Source: Candidatus Methylomirabilia bacterium (lineage in GTDB: Bacteria; Methylomirabilota; Methylomirabilia; Rokubacteriales; CSP1-6). Taken from it: 64,000 nucleotides of DNA. The translations under genes were made by a program, and so were the position numbers. The DNA is taken from assembly GCA_041490825.1 (NCBI GenBank), contig JBGPTW010000007.1, positions 561-64,560 of the forward strand, read 5' to 3'. Positions 36,466-47,364 of the stretch are shown here, one piece after another. How positions within the stretch are numbered: position 1 is the first letter of the stretch; every line of letters starts with the position of its first letter. The notes beneath the pieces were generated by a model. The model did no database searches, had not been told where the DNA came from, and was given only the letters and a program-made list of their open reading frames with translations.

Positions 36466-38538
36466 ATGGCGGCCTCGACGAGAGCACGATCGCTGTTCGA
36501 CGCTTCGATCGTCAAGCAGGCGGTGATCGATTCCTTCCGCAAGCTGACGCCCCGCCGTCAGGTGCGGAATCCCGTCATGTTCGTGGTGTACGTGGGTTCC
36601 ATCCTGACGACGCTGCTGTGGGTCCAGGCGGCGGTTGGGAAGGGTGAGGCTCCCGGCTGGTTCATCTTCTGGGTGTCGGTCTGGCTCTGGTTCACGGTGC
36701 TGTTCGCGAACTTCGCCGAGGCCATGGCCGAAGGACGCGGCAAGGCGCAGGCGGCGTCGCTGCGAAAGGCGCGCCTCGATCTTCAGGCGAAGAGGCTCCA
36801 TCAGCCGCAGCATGGCGCGAGGTACCAGACCGTCGCCGCCTCCACGCTGCGCCAGGGCGAGGTCGTCCTCGTCGAGGCCGGCGATTTCATCCCGGCCGAT
36901 GGCGAGGTCATCGAGGGCGTGGCCTCGGTCAACGAGGCCGCGATCACCGGCGAGAGTGCGCCGGTGATCCGCGAGAGCGGCGGCGACCGCAGCTCGGTCA
37001 CCGGCGGTACCCAGGTGCTGTCGGACTGGCTGGTCGTGCGCGTCACCGCGAATCCGGGCGAGGCGTTTCTCGATCGCATGATCTCGCTGGTGGAAGGCGC
37101 CAAGCGCCAGAAGACGCCGAACGAAGTAGCGCTCGATATTTTGTTGGCCGCGATGACGATCATCTTCCTGCTCGCCACGGCCACGTTGCTCCCGTTCTCG
37201 CTGTACAGCGTGCAGGCGGCCGGGCACGGCACGCCGATCACCGTCACCGTCCTCGTTGCGCTGCTCGTGTGCCTCATCCCGACCACGATCGGCGCGCTGC
37301 TTTCCGCGATCGGCATCGCCGGCATGGACCGCATGATCCAGAAGAACGTCATCGCGATGTCGGGCCGCGCCGTCGAGGCGGCCGGCGACGTCGACGTGCT
37401 GCTGCTCGACAAGACTGGCACGATCACGCTCGGCAACCGCCAGGCGACCGCGTTCTTCCCGGCCGAGAACGTGAGCGAGGCGACGCTGGCGGATGCGGCG
37501 CAGCTCGCCTCGCTCGCCGACGAGACACCCGAGGGCCGGAGCATCGTCGTGCTCGCCAAGGAGAAGTACGCCATTCGCGAGCGCGACATCGCGAAGCTCG
37601 GCGCCACGTTCGTCGCGTTCACCGCGCAGACGCGCATGAGCGGGGTGAACATGAGCGGCCGGCAGATTCGCAAGGGCGCCGCCGAGGCGATCGAGAAGCA
37701 TGTCCGGCTCCTCGGCGGGACGTTCCCGCCCGCGGTCCGGGCGGTCGTGGACACGATCGCCAAGCAAGGGGCGACGCCACTGGTCGTCTCCGACGGGCAG
37801 GCCGTGCTCGGGGTGATCCAGCTCAAGGACATCGTGAAGGGCGGGATCAAGGAACGGTTCGGCGAGCTGCGCCGCATGGGGATCAAGACCGTGATGATCA
37901 CCGGCGACAACCCGCTGACCGCTGCCGCGATCGCGGCCGAGGCCGGCGTGGACGATTTTCTCGCCGAGGCCACGCCGGAAGCGAAGCTGAAGCTGATTCG
38001 CGACATTCAGGGCGCGGGGCGGCTCGTGGCGATGACCGGGGACGGCACGAACGACGCCCCGGCGCTCGCTCAGGCCGACGTCGCGGTCGCGATGAACACA
38101 GGCACGCAGGCCGCGAAGGAAGCCGGCAACATGATCGATCTCGACTCGAACCCGACGAAGCTGCTCGAGGTCGTCGAGACCGGCAAGCAGATGCTGATGA
38201 CCCGCGGGGCGCTCACGACGTTCAGCATTGCCAACGACGTCGCGAAGTACTTCGCGATCATCCCGGCGGCGTTCGCGACGACGTATCCGGTGCTGAACGC
38301 GCTCAACATCATGCATCTGGCGACGCCGCAGAGCGCGATCCTGTCCGCCGTCATCTTCAACGCGCTCATCATCGTCGCGCTGATTCCGCTCGCGCTGAAG
38401 GGTGTCAAGTACCGCGCGCTCGGCGCGGCCGTCGTCCTGCGCCGTCATCTGTGGATCTACGGCGTGGGCGGCATCATCATCCCGTTCCCGGGGATCAAGC
38501 TCGTCGACATGATCCTCACGGCGCTCGGGCTGGTGTAA
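36466..38538 (+). CDS. kdpB: Potassium-transporting P-type ATPase subunit B
   Basis: ATG at 36466 after TGAGGAG. The DKTGTIT and [10 protein letters not shown] motifs. Confidence 0.9.
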   Translation: MAASTRARSLFDASIVKQAVIDSFRKLTPRRQVRNPVMFVVYVGSILTTLLWVQAAVGKGEAPGWFIFWVSVWLWFTVLFANFAEAMAEGRGKAQAASLRKARLDLQAKRLHQPQHGARYQTVAASTLRQGEVVLVEAGDFIPADGEVIEGVASVNEAAITGESAPVIRESGGDRSSVTGGTQVLSDWLVVRVTANPGEAFLDRMISLVEGAKRQKTPNEVALDILLAAMTIIFLLATATLLPFSLYSVQAAGHGTPITVTVLVALLVCLIPTTIGALLSAIGIAGMDRMIQKNVIAMSGRAVEAAGDVDVLLLDKTGTITLGNRQATAFFPAENVSEATLADAAQLASLADETPEGRSIVVLAKEKYAIRERDIAKLGATFVAFTAQTRMSGVNMSGRQIRKGAAEAIEKHVRLLGGTFPPAVRAVVDTIAKQGATPLVVSDGQAVLGVIQLKDIVKGGIKERFGELRRMGIKTVMITGDNPLTAAAIAAEAGVDDFLAEATPEAKLKLIRDIQGAGRLVAMTGDGTNDAPALAQADVAVAMNTGTQAAKEAGNMIDLDSNPTKLLEVVETGKQMLMTRGALTTFSIANDVAKYFAIIPAAFATTYPVLNALNIMHLATPQSAILSAVIFNALIIVALIPLALKGVKYRALGAAVVLRRHLWIYGVGGIIIPFPGIKLVDMILTALGLV

Positions 38539-38550
38539 AGGAGCTTCGCC

Positions 38551-39120
38551 ATGCTGAACCACATTCGCGCTGCGGTCGTCTCGCTGGCGCTGTTCACGGT
38601 GATCACGGGGATGGTTTATCCCGCGCTCGTGACCGTCATTGCGCAGGTCGTGTTCCGGCATCAGGCCAACGGCAGCTTGATCGTCAAGGACGGCAAGGTC
38701 GTCGGCGCGGCGCTGATCGGCCAGCCGTTCGACGATCCGAAGTACTTCTGGGGGCGGCCGTCGGCCACGACGCCGTTCGCGTACAACGCCGGCTCCTCGT
38801 CGGGCTCGAACCTCTCCCCGACGAATCCGGATCTCGTCAAGACGGTGCAGGGGCGCGTCGATGCGCTGCATGCCGCAGATCCCGGTAACACGGCGCCGGT
38901 GCCCGTCGATCTCGTGAGCGCCTCGGGCAGCGGTCTCGATCCGCACATCAGCCCGGCGGCGGCGTTCTATCAGGTGGCGCGCGTCGCCAGGGCGCGCAAG
39001 CTCAATCCCGACGCTGTCCGCCGTCTGGTCCAGCAGCACGTCGAAGGGCGGACGCTCGGAGTCCTGGGCGAGCCGCGAGTGAACGTCCTCGAGCTGAACC
39101 TGGCGCTCGACGGCAAATAG
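38551..39120 (+). CDS. kdpC: Potassium-transporting ATPase subunit C
   Basis: 189 aa, [28 protein letters not shown]. Confidence 0.85.
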   Translation: MLNHIRAAVVSLALFTVITGMVYPALVTVIAQVVFRHQANGSLIVKDGKVVGAALIGQPFDDPKYFWGRPSATTPFAYNAGSSSGSNLSPTNPDLVKTVQGRVDALHAADPGNTAPVPVDLVSASGSGLDPHISPAAAFYQVARVARARKLNPDAVRRLVQQHVEGRTLGVLGEPRVNVLELNLALDGK

Positions 39121-39145
39121 TCGGGGAACCGAAGGGGAAAGTCAC

Positions 39146-40372
39146 GTGACTCGAATCCGAACGCTCATCGTGTGCGCGCTCGCGCTCCTCGTGGTGACGC
39201 CGGGAGCCGCAATGGCGCAGAAGTCGCTCGCCGACGTGCTGGGCTGGCCAGCCACGCCCGAAGGGCAGCCCAAGACGTATCGCGAGGAGCTGACGCTCTA
39301 CGGGTACGTCGAGAACAGCTACGTCTTCAATCCGCATCCCGGTCGCGGCAACGTCAACGAGCTGCGGTTCTACGACCACGATGCCGGGTACACGTTCAAC
39401 GCCGCGGAGATCAGCATCAAGAAGGATCCGTCGGAGCGCTATCGCTTCGGCTACGGCATCGTCGCCACCGGCGGCGTCGATTCCCAGAAGAACCATTCGC
39501 TCGGGATCTTTCGCGACAAGGACGATCAGGGACCCCTGTTCAGGAACACACCCCAGATCGATTTCCCCGAGATGTACGCGTCGTATCTCGTCCCGGTCGG
39601 TGACGGCCTCACGCTGAAGGCCGGAAAATGGGGGACGCCCATCGGCTACGAGGGGTACGAGAGCCCCAAGAACCTGAACTTCTCGCGCTCGTTCCTGTAT
39701 ACGCTCGGCACGCCGTACACGCACACGGGACTGCTCGCGAGTTACCAGTTCACGCCGTGGTTCGGCGCGAGTGCGGGCTTCACCAACGGCTGGGACAGCG
39801 CTGACAACAACAACGGCTACCTCCGGCCGATGGGCCTCTTTGACTTCACGCCGATCGACAAGCTGACCGCCTCCGTGCACTGGATGTTCGGCCCCGAGCA
39901 GAACAGGAGCCAGATGCGCGGGAACGACGTCAACCAGCGCTGGATCGTCGACACGACGATCGTCTACACGGGCATCGACAAGGTCACGCTCGCAGTCAAC
40001 TTCGACTTCGCCGGTGAAGAGAACGACCCGGCGCTCGTCGGCACGCGGAAGGACGCCGATTCCCGCTGGGGCGGCATCGCGGGGTACGCGGGATACGACT
40101 GGACGAAGGCGCTTCGCACGGTCGTCCGGCTCGAGTACTTCACCGATCCGCAAGGTGTCCGCAGCAGCGAGACGATCATGCCCGGCAACCGGGCCGATCT
40201 CTGGGAGACGACGGCTACGGCGGAATACAAGATCTGGCGCGGGCTGGTCGGGCGCCTCGAATATCGCCACGATCAAGCCAATCGCAATGCCTTCAGCGTT
40301 CAGGACCACCGCGGGCCGACCTCGCGCGAGCAGAACACGCTGACGCTGGCGCTGTCCTACTCGTTCTTCTGA
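39146..40372 (+). CDS. Outer-membrane beta-barrel porin encoded inside the kdp operon
   Basis: Signal peptide, alternating beta-strand pattern, C-terminal ...LALSYSFF. Confidence 0.6.
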   Translation: MTRIRTLIVCALALLVVTPGAAMAQKSLADVLGWPATPEGQPKTYREELTLYGYVENSYVFNPHPGRGNVNELRFYDHDAGYTFNAAEISIKKDPSERYRFGYGIVATGGVDSQKNHSLGIFRDKDDQGPLFRNTPQIDFPEMYASYLVPVGDGLTLKAGKWGTPIGYEGYESPKNLNFSRSFLYTLGTPYTHTGLLASYQFTPWFGASAGFTNGWDSADNNNGYLRPMGLFDFTPIDKLTASVHWMFGPEQNRSQMRGNDVNQRWIVDTTIVYTGIDKVTLAVNFDFAGEENDPALVGTRKDADSRWGGIAGYAGYDWTKALRTVVRLEYFTDPQGVRSSETIMPGNRADLWETTATAEYKIWRGLVGRLEYRHDQANRNAFSVQDHRGPTSREQNTLTLALSYSFF

Positions 40373-40455
40373 CGGTTCGCCTGATCTCTCTGTCGCCGAA
40401 GCGCCCACGCTGACCACGCGCTCGCCGCCCCGATGGAGTAGAGTCTTTCTCTGGC

Positions 40456-42285
40456 ATGCGGCTCACCCTGGTGAAACGGCTCCTCGTCGGCACGCCCATG
40501 CCGCTCGCGCAGGCGCGGCACGAGCGGCTCCGCAAGACCGTCGCCCTCGCGGTCTTCTCGTCCGACGCCATGTCGTCGGTGGCGTACGCGACAGAGGAAA
40601 TTCTCCTCATCCTCGTGCTGGCGAGCGCGGCTGCCACGTACCTCGCCACGCCGATCGCCATCTCGATCACCGCGCTGCTGGTGATCGTCGCGATCTCCTA
40701 CCAGCAGACGATCCACGCCTACCCGAGCGGCGGCGGGTCGTACATCGTCGCGCGTGAGAACCTGGGTGCCGTGCCGGGTCTGATCGCGGCCGCGGCGTTG
40801 CTCGTCGATTACGTCCTGACGGTCTCGGTGTCAGTCGCGGCCGGGGTGGCCGCCATCACGTCGGCCGTGCCGGCGCTGGCGACGCACAAGGTCCTGATCG
40901 GCGTGGTGTGCGTCGCCGCCATCGCGAGCGCGAACATCCGTGGCGTCCGCGAGTCCGGCCGTCTCTTCGCGATCCCGACGTACTTCTTCATCGTCAGCTT
41001 CGCGCTGCTGCTGCTCGGCGGGTTCTACAAGCTTCTGACCGGCACGGCCGAGACGGCGCCATCGCCCACCGACGTGCGGATGTCCGAGCAGCTGACGTGG
41101 TTCCTGATCCTGCGCGCGTTCGCCTCGGGTTGCACGGCCATGACAGGGACGGAAGCGATCTCGAACGGTATCCCGGCGTTCCGTCCGCCCGAGTCGCGGA
41201 ACGCGGCCATCACCCTCGGCTGGATGGCGGCGATCCTCGGGACGCTGTTCATGGGCATCACGGTTCTGGCGTCGGCGTACCACGTGCTGCCCCTCGAGGA
41301 CGAGACCGTCGTTTCGCAGATCGCGCGGCGCGTGTTCGGCACGGGCCTCGCCTACTACCTGATCCAGGCGGCGACCGCCCTGATCCTCGTGCTGGCCGCC
41401 AACACCTCGTTCGCCGACTTCCCGCGCCTGTCGTCGCTCCTGGCGCGCGACCGATTCATCCCGCGTCAGTTTGCGAATCTCGGCGAGCGCCTGGTGTTCT
41501 CGAACGGGATCATGGTGCTGGCCGCGCTCGCCGCCGTGCTGATCATCGTCTTCCGCGGTGACACGCATGCCCTCATCCCGCTGTACGCGGTCGGCGTGTT
41601 CATCTCGTTCACACTCTCGCAAAGCGGGATGGTGCGCCACTGGTGGCGTCTACGGCAGACCGGCTGGCGGCATCGACTGCTGATCAACGGCGTGGGCGCC
41701 ACGGCGACCGGCATCGTGACGATCGTCATCGCGGTCACCAAGTTCACGCACGGCGCCTGGATCGTCGTGCTCGTCATCCCGATCCTGGTGGCGACCTTTC
41801 TCATCATGCGCGGCCATTACGACGAGGTTGCCTCGGAGCTGTCGCTGGAAGGCTTCGAAGGACCGCCGCCGTTTCAGCACACCATTCTCGTCGTCATCGG
41901 CGACGTCCACCGCGGCGTCGTGCGCGCGCTTCAGTATGCGAAGACACTTGCGGGCCCGGAGACGAGGGTTCGCGCCGTCTTCGTGGAGACGGATCCCGCG
42001 CGCACCGCGAAGCTCGAGGAGAAGTGGGGGAAGTGGGGCCTCGGCGTGCCCCTCATCGTGCTGACGTCACCGTACCGATCGCTGCTCCGACCGCTGCTCG
42101 ATTACCTCGACCACATCCAGTCGCTCGGCGACGATCAGATGCTGACGATCGTGCTGCCCGAGTTCCTGCCGCGGAAGTGGTGGCAGCATGTCCTCCACAA
42201 CCAGACGGCGCTGTTGATCAAAGGCGCGCTCCTGTTCCGCAAAAACACCGTGGTCGCCGACGTGCCGTATCTCCTGAAGCGCTAG
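40456..42285 (+). CDS. APC-superfamily permease with a C-terminal cytoplasmic domain
   Basis: 609 aa, multi-TM, amino-acid-permease-like N-terminal two-thirds. Confidence 0.7.
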   Translation: MRLTLVKRLLVGTPMPLAQARHERLRKTVALAVFSSDAMSSVAYATEEILLILVLASAAATYLATPIAISITALLVIVAISYQQTIHAYPSGGGSYIVARENLGAVPGLIAAAALLVDYVLTVSVSVAAGVAAITSAVPALATHKVLIGVVCVAAIASANIRGVRESGRLFAIPTYFFIVSFALLLLGGFYKLLTGTAETAPSPTDVRMSEQLTWFLILRAFASGCTAMTGTEAISNGIPAFRPPESRNAAITLGWMAAILGTLFMGITVLASAYHVLPLEDETVVSQIARRVFGTGLAYYLIQAATALILVLAANTSFADFPRLSSLLARDRFIPRQFANLGERLVFSNGIMVLAALAAVLIIVFRGDTHALIPLYAVGVFISFTLSQSGMVRHWWRLRQTGWRHRLLINGVGATATGIVTIVIAVTKFTHGAWIVVLVIPILVATFLIMRGHYDEVASELSLEGFEGPPPFQHTILVVIGDVHRGVVRALQYAKTLAGPETRVRAVFVETDPARTAKLEEKWGKWGLGVPLIVLTSPYRSLLRPLLDYLDHIQSLGDDQMLTIVLPEFLPRKWWQHVLHNQTALLIKGALLFRKNTVVADVPYLLKR

Positions 42286-42287
42286 CT

Positions 42288-42441
42288 CCTCCGCGGGTGG
42301 GGCTGGCGTCGCTCTCCCCAGAAGACGCTATCCACTTTGCTCTGTCGGCTCTCATTGGAGCCACGCATCGTCGCGCCCGGCTCAGTCAAGCCCCAGAAGC
42401 AACGCTTCTGGGGAGAGCGACGCCAGCCCCACCCGCGGAGG
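42288..42441. repeat. Palindrome-embedded repeat element: 37-bp perfect inverted-repeat arms flanking an ~80-bp conserved core (acgctatccactttgc...cagaagcaacg)
   Basis: Arms 42288-42324 / 42405-42441 read in sequence. It starts 3 nt after the stop codon of the permease. The core is homologous to units of the 17209-17670 array. Confidence 0.7.
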
Positions 42442-42613
42442 CTGAACTGTCAGTCAGGTGCTCGCAGCCCGACCACCAACACGGGTTCAGCGGCCAGGCC
42501 GCGAACAATGCGAATCAGCGGCCCACGCCCAGCAAGAACAGGATCAGGATCAGCCCGAGCGGGGCGCCAAGTAACCACAGAAGGATCAGCGCCATGATGT
42601 CTGCCTCCTTTCC

Positions 42614-43195
42614 CTACGCGACCCTGCGGGGTCGTTCCTCGTGTCGGAGCTCGCGCCACCGGTAGTACGTCAACGACATCGGTTCGCCGGAGGCCATCCA
42701 GCCACCGATCACGCTGCCGACGAGACCGATGAGCAACGCCACGAGCGTGGCAAACGCGCTGTTGCGCATCGCCGCCGCCGTCGCCTGGTCAACCGTGGTC
42801 GGCGTCGGACCCAGCACCAGGTTTCCGGCGAGTCCCCCGTACCAGCCGCCGAAGTACCGCACCGCGCCGAGCGCGCCGAGCAACAGCATCATCGGCACCG
42901 TGAGCAGCCAGGCGATCGCGCCATGCAGGATCGCGGGCTCCGACCGCTCTATCCCGGCGATGCGGGCCGCCACCCAGCCGCCGAGCACGAACGCGAAGAA
43001 CGCGCCACCGACGCTGAAGATCAGGCTCGTGAGCCGGATGTTCTTGAACGACACCGCCTTGGCGACCTCGTGCGCCCCCACGGCGAATCCGAGGAGCCCG
43101 ATGATGAGCCCGAGCGCCACCGCCGCGAGTGCCCCGACCCAGATCGCGCTCCACGCGACCGGCCACTGCCTCGCTCCTGAGTCATAGCCCTCCAT
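42614..43195 (-). CDS. Hypothetical integral membrane protein (193 aa)
   Basis: Internal ATG at 43195 with GGAGGAGG about 8 nt upstream. The upstream part of ORF 42614..44344 is Arg-rich antisense noise. Confidence 0.5.
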   Translation of the reverse strand: MEGYDSGARQWPVAWSAIWVGALAAVALGLIIGLLGFAVGAHEVAKAVSFKNIRLTSLIFSVGGAFFAFVLGGWVAARIAGIERSEPAILHGAIAWLLTVPMMLLLGALGAVRYFGGWYGGLAGNLVLGPTPTTVDQATAAAMRNSAFATLVALLIGLVGSVIGGWMASGEPMSLTYYRWRELRHEERPRRVA

Positions 43196-43456
43196 TCTTA
43201 CGTCCTCCTCCACCCGTCGCGGGATTGAAAACCTCTGACCGGGTGCGCGGTGCACAGGGGATGCCGCCGAGCGCGCCAAATTCGCCTGGTGACGCGGCGA
43301 CGTGCGGAGCGCGGTGGAATCTTTTACATGCATCCCGCCCGCGACGGGGCTCCTGCACTCGCCGAACCGTTCCTTGACGAGGGCCGCGTTCTCGTCTACG
43401 TTCGGCCGAGTGGATGCCCGTCGGCAGTGCACACCGATCGACAGGAGCGCCGAGTC

Positions 43457-44380
43457 ATGAAAGAGCTGCGGATCTGGATGAACGGGAGGCTCGTCCCCCA
43501 GGCTGAGGCAGTGTTGCCCGTGAACAGCGCGGCGGTCTTCTACGCCACGAACGTGTTCGAGGGCATCCGTGCCTACTGGAACGAGGCCGCCGAGGAGCTG
43601 TACTGTTTCCGTCTGGCCGAGCACTTCGTCCGCTTCCGCGAGTCCATGAAGATGATGCGGTTCAGCATCCCGTACAGCGACGAAGACCTCTACAACGCCG
43701 TGCGCGAGGTGCTGACCGGGAACGATCTCCACGAGGACATCCACATGCACCTCGTGGCATACGTGACGGGCGCCGGGCTCGACGCGACCAGCCCGACCGG
43801 CGTCTACATCAATCCACGCCGGCGCCCGCGTGTCGCGGAAGGCGCGGGACTCCGCTGTTGCGTCAGCTCCTGGGTGCGGACGAACGACAATGCGATTCCG
43901 ATCCGGCTCAAGTGCGGGGCGAATTACCAGAACGGGCGCCTGGCGACGCTGCAGGCCAAGGCCGACGGCTACGACAGCCCGATCTTGTTGAACCAGCGCG
44001 GCAAGGTGGCCGAGGGCACGGGCGCGACGTTCTTCATGGTGCGCAAGGGCAAGCTCGTGACGCCGCCGGTGACGAGCGACATCCTCGAAAGCATCACGCG
44101 AACCACGCTCATGGAGGAGGTCTGCCCGAACGTGCTCGGACTCTCGGTGACCGAGCGCGAGATCGATCGCACCGAGCTCTATGTCGCCGACGAGGCATTC
44201 TTCTGCGGAAGCGGTTACGAGATCACGCCGATCGTCTCCGTCGATCGCTTCCAGCTCGGAGAAGGCGGCGTGGGCCCCATCACCCAGCGGGTGATGACGG
44301 CGTACATGAACCTCGTACGCGGGGTCGAGAAGCGCTACTCGCACTGGCGTACCCCGATGTACAGCGCCGTCGCCGTCTGA
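43457..44380 (+). CDS. ilvE: Class IV aminotransferase (branched-chain amino acid / D-amino acid aminotransferase)
   Basis: ATG at 43457 after CAGGAG. MKELRIWMNGRLVPQAEAVLPVNSAAVFYATNVFEGIRAY. Confidence 0.75.
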   Translation: MKELRIWMNGRLVPQAEAVLPVNSAAVFYATNVFEGIRAYWNEAAEELYCFRLAEHFVRFRESMKMMRFSIPYSDEDLYNAVREVLTGNDLHEDIHMHLVAYVTGAGLDATSPTGVYINPRRRPRVAEGAGLRCCVSSWVRTNDNAIPIRLKCGANYQNGRLATLQAKADGYDSPILLNQRGKVAEGTGATFFMVRKGKLVTPPVTSDILESITRTTLMEEVCPNVLGLSVTEREIDRTELYVADEAFFCGSGYEITPIVSVDRFQLGEGGVGPITQRVMTAYMNLVRGVEKRYSHWRTPMYSAVAV

Positions 44381-44429
44381 GACAGGTCACGGCGTCCTCG
44401 GCTGGTCGTCCCGCGGTGTCTCGCTTCGG

Positions 44430-45686
44430 GTGGACGAGCACCCGCGTATCTTGATGATGGCGAAGCGATCCAGACCGGCGGTCCGGCGTGGAGGCGCGGC
44501 CAAGTCGCCCCGTAGCGGCCGGCGAAAGCCGGCGCCGCAGGAATCCCGGGCGACGGTCGAGCCGGTCGCTGCAGTCGCGCCGGAACCCTTGGTTGCCGCT
44601 TCCGACCCGTCCGAGTCCGAACATCTCGTTCAGGACTCGCTGCCCGAGGGCAGCTTCGCGGCCCGCACGCCTCCACCGGAGCCCGACCGCCCGTGGCCCG
44701 TGGCCCGCCGAGCCATCTTCTTCGACGTCGAGAACACCAGCCGCGCCGCGCATGTCGCGCGACTCATCGATCATCTGGCTGTCGATCATCTCGGTCAGCG
44801 GACGGACTTCGTCGCCGCCGGCAACTGGCGCGTCATTGGTCACGATACGGCGCGGTTGCTCGCGCGCCACGGCGCGCAGCTCGTGCATGCGGCCCCATCG
44901 GTCGGCGTCAAGGACTGGAGCGATCTGCGCATCGCCGTGTCCGCCGGAGTCTGGCTCGGGACAGCGCGCCCCGGCGACGTGCTGGAGATCGTGTCCGATG
45001 ATCGCGCGTTCGACGCGGTCGGCGATGTCGCGGCCGGCCTCGGGATCGCCTACCGCCGGCTCAGCTATCGGAGCTTGTCCGGAGCGCCGGAGCGCGAGCC
45101 GGCCGAAGTGTCCGAGCCGATCGCAGCAGCTCCGGACCGTCAGCGCCGTTACGGGCGTCACCGCGGAGGCCGCGGGCGCGGGCCCGTGGCCGCCGTCGTG
45201 GCCCGTCCGACCCCAGCGGTCCCGCATCGGATCGAGCCGCCAGTCCAGGCCGACACTCCTGCCGCCGAGCCTCACACGGCCCCGCACGACGAGATCGTCT
45301 CGATCGTCCGCCGGCTGATCGAAGCGTCGCCGGACGGCGGCACGACACTCGATGCGCTGGCGAACGGACTGAAAGCGCATGGATTCAGCCGGCCGCCCGG
45401 CTCGCCTCGCTTGATCACGCGCCTGCGCAGGATCAAGGAGATCGCGGTCAGCCGTTCGGGCGCCATCACGCTTTCCGACTCCACGGCCGCGGAGACGCCG
45501 TCCGGAGAGCCCGAGGCGAGATCGGCTGATCATGCTGGACCGATCACGGTCGAAGAGCCCCCCGCCGGCGGCGCCGGACAAGGCGGTGAAACGCCATCCC
45601 CGGGAGAGATGCCGCGACGGCGGCGGTCACGACGGGGTGGGCGGGGTCGCCGCCGTCGCCGCCCGGAGGCTGCCGCCACGAGTTGA
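44430..45686 (+). CDS. NYN (LabA-like PIN) domain protein with an OST-HTH/LOTUS-like C-terminal domain. Start and end uncertain
   Basis: RAIFFDVENTS...LEIVSDDRAFDAV. Later IVSIVRRLIEASPDGGTTLDALANGLKAHGF. Confidence 0.5.
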   Translation: MDEHPRILMMAKRSRPAVRRGGAAKSPRSGRRKPAPQESRATVEPVAAVAPEPLVAASDPSESEHLVQDSLPEGSFAARTPPPEPDRPWPVARRAIFFDVENTSRAAHVARLIDHLAVDHLGQRTDFVAAGNWRVIGHDTARLLARHGAQLVHAAPSVGVKDWSDLRIAVSAGVWLGTARPGDVLEIVSDDRAFDAVGDVAAGLGIAYRRLSYRSLSGAPEREPAEVSEPIAAAPDRQRRYGRHRGGRGRGPVAAVVARPTPAVPHRIEPPVQADTPAAEPHTAPHDEIVSIVRRLIEASPDGGTTLDALANGLKAHGFSRPPGSPRLITRLRRIKEIAVSRSGAITLSDSTAAETPSGEPEARSADHAGPITVEEPPAGGAGQGGETPSPGEMPRRRRSRRGGRGRRRRRPEAAATS

Positions 45687-45699
45687 GGGTTTGGAACGA

Positions 45700-46107
45700 T
45701 CAGCCTCCCCTTCTCAGCCGCCCGCCGAACCGCGTCCGGCGATCGCCTCGTTCCAGCTCCAGCAGGTCCTGCTGAACCTGGTCGCGAACGCTCAGGACGC
45801 GCTGCGCCACGCGGCCGCGCCGAGATCCATCGTGGTGGCCGGCGTAGCCAATCCCGAGCACGCCATCGTGGAAGTCCGGGACACCGGGCCCGGCATCCCG
45901 GCCGAGACGCGCGCCCGGATCTTCGAGCCATTCTTCACGACCAAGGCGCAGGGAACGGGGCTCGGGCTGGCCATCGCGGCCGGGATCGTCCAGAACGCCG
46001 ACGGCGTCATCACGGTGGATAATCCTCCCTCGGGCGGTGCCGTCTTCCGGCTCACGTTCCCGATCGCCCCGCCCGTCGCCGATCTGCCGTCGCAACCGCG
46101 CGCGTAG
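45700..46107 (+). pseudogene. Orphan histidine-kinase HATPase_c domain fragment with no HisKA or sensor domain
   Basis: LQQVLLNLVANAQDAL...VRDTGPGIP...GTGLGLAIA. It overlaps the 3' end of the NYN ORF. Confidence 0.45.
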
Positions 46108-46167
46108 CCGACCGGCTGCCCGCACGCTACACTACGGGGCGCTGCGGACGCCAAGGAGGATCCTGCG

Positions 46168-47361
46168 ATGGTGAAGACCCGCTACGTCGTGACGTTGCTC
46201 CTGCTACTCCTCGTTCCCGCCGCGGTCGGAGCCCAGGCGCCGCCCGTCAAGCTTGGACTCTTGCTGCCTTACACAGGCGTGCTCTCGGTGCAGGGCAACG
46301 ACACCACGAACGGCCTCGAGCTGTACCTCTCTAAGATCGGCAACAAGGCTGGTGGACGGGAGGTCCAGCTCTTCAAGGAAGACGACGAATCCAAGCCCGA
46401 CGTCGCGCTGACGAAGATCAAGAAGCTCGTCGAGCGTGACCACGTCGATTTCCTCGTGGGCCCGGTGAGCAGCGTGGTGGCGCTCGCCATCCGGAACTAC
46501 GTCCACGAGCAGCAGACGCCGCTCGTCGTGCCCGTCGCGTTCACCCGCGTGCTCACCTCGCCGCAGCAGGCCTCGCCGTCGATCTTCAGAGTCGCGGAGA
46601 CGACCGACCAGTCGAACTATCCGATGGGCGCCTGGGTCATCAAGAACACGAAGCACCGGAAGGTCGTGATCATGGCCACGGATTTCGTGGCCGGGCGCCA
46701 CGCCGTCGAGGCCTTCGTGGCCGGCTTCAAAGCGGCCGGCGGGGAGATCGTCAAGGAGATCTATCCGCCGCTGAACACGCCGGACTTCGCGCCCTATCTC
46801 GCCCAGGCCGATTCGCAGAAGGCCGACGCCGTGTACGCGTGGTTCGCGGGCGCCGACGCCATTCGCTTCGTGAAGCAGTACAAGGAGTACGGGCTCTGGG
46901 ACCGGATGGCGCTGATGGGTCACGGCGTCCTGACCGACGACACGATCCTGCCGGCGATCGGGGACGCCGGGCTCGGCATCGTGACGATGTCCTCGTACAC
47001 GGCCGTCATCGACTCGCCGGAGAACAAGGCGTTCGTGAAGGAGTACGACGCGAAGCACAAGACCTGGCCGAGCCGCTACAGCGAGGCCGGGTATGTGACC
47101 GCGCAGCTCATCGCCGCCGCGCTCGACTCGCTCAAGGGCGATCTCGGCGACCGCAACAAGGTGCGCGAAGCGCTGCGCCAGGCGCTGCCCAGGATCAAGC
47201 CGCCGCGCGGCCACATGGAGTTCGACGCCTACCGGCAGTGCATCACGCCGGAGTTCGTGATGAAGACGGAGAAGCAGGGCGGGCGCATCGTCAACGCCAT
47301 CATCGAGCGCCTGCCGCCGTCGTCGCAGGAGCAGGTGTGGGGCTGGTGGAACAAGAAGTAG
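46168..47361 (+). CDS. livK: Branched-chain amino-acid ABC transporter substrate-binding protein (LivK/LivJ-like)
   Basis: Signal peptide plus Peripla_BP_6-like sequence, 397 aa. Confidence 0.8.
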   Translation: MVKTRYVVTLLLLLLVPAAVGAQAPPVKLGLLLPYTGVLSVQGNDTTNGLELYLSKIGNKAGGREVQLFKEDDESKPDVALTKIKKLVERDHVDFLVGPVSSVVALAIRNYVHEQQTPLVVPVAFTRVLTSPQQASPSIFRVAETTDQSNYPMGAWVIKNTKHRKVVIMATDFVAGRHAVEAFVAGFKAAGGEIVKEIYPPLNTPDFAPYLAQADSQKADAVYAWFAGADAIRFVKQYKEYGLWDRMALMGHGVLTDDTILPAIGDAGLGIVTMSSYTAVIDSPENKAFVKEYDAKHKTWPSRYSEAGYVTAQLIAAALDSLKGDLGDRNKVREALRQALPRIKPPRGHMEFDAYRQCITPEFVMKTEKQGGRIVNAIIERLPPSSQEQVWGWWNKK

Positions 47362-47364
47362 GCG

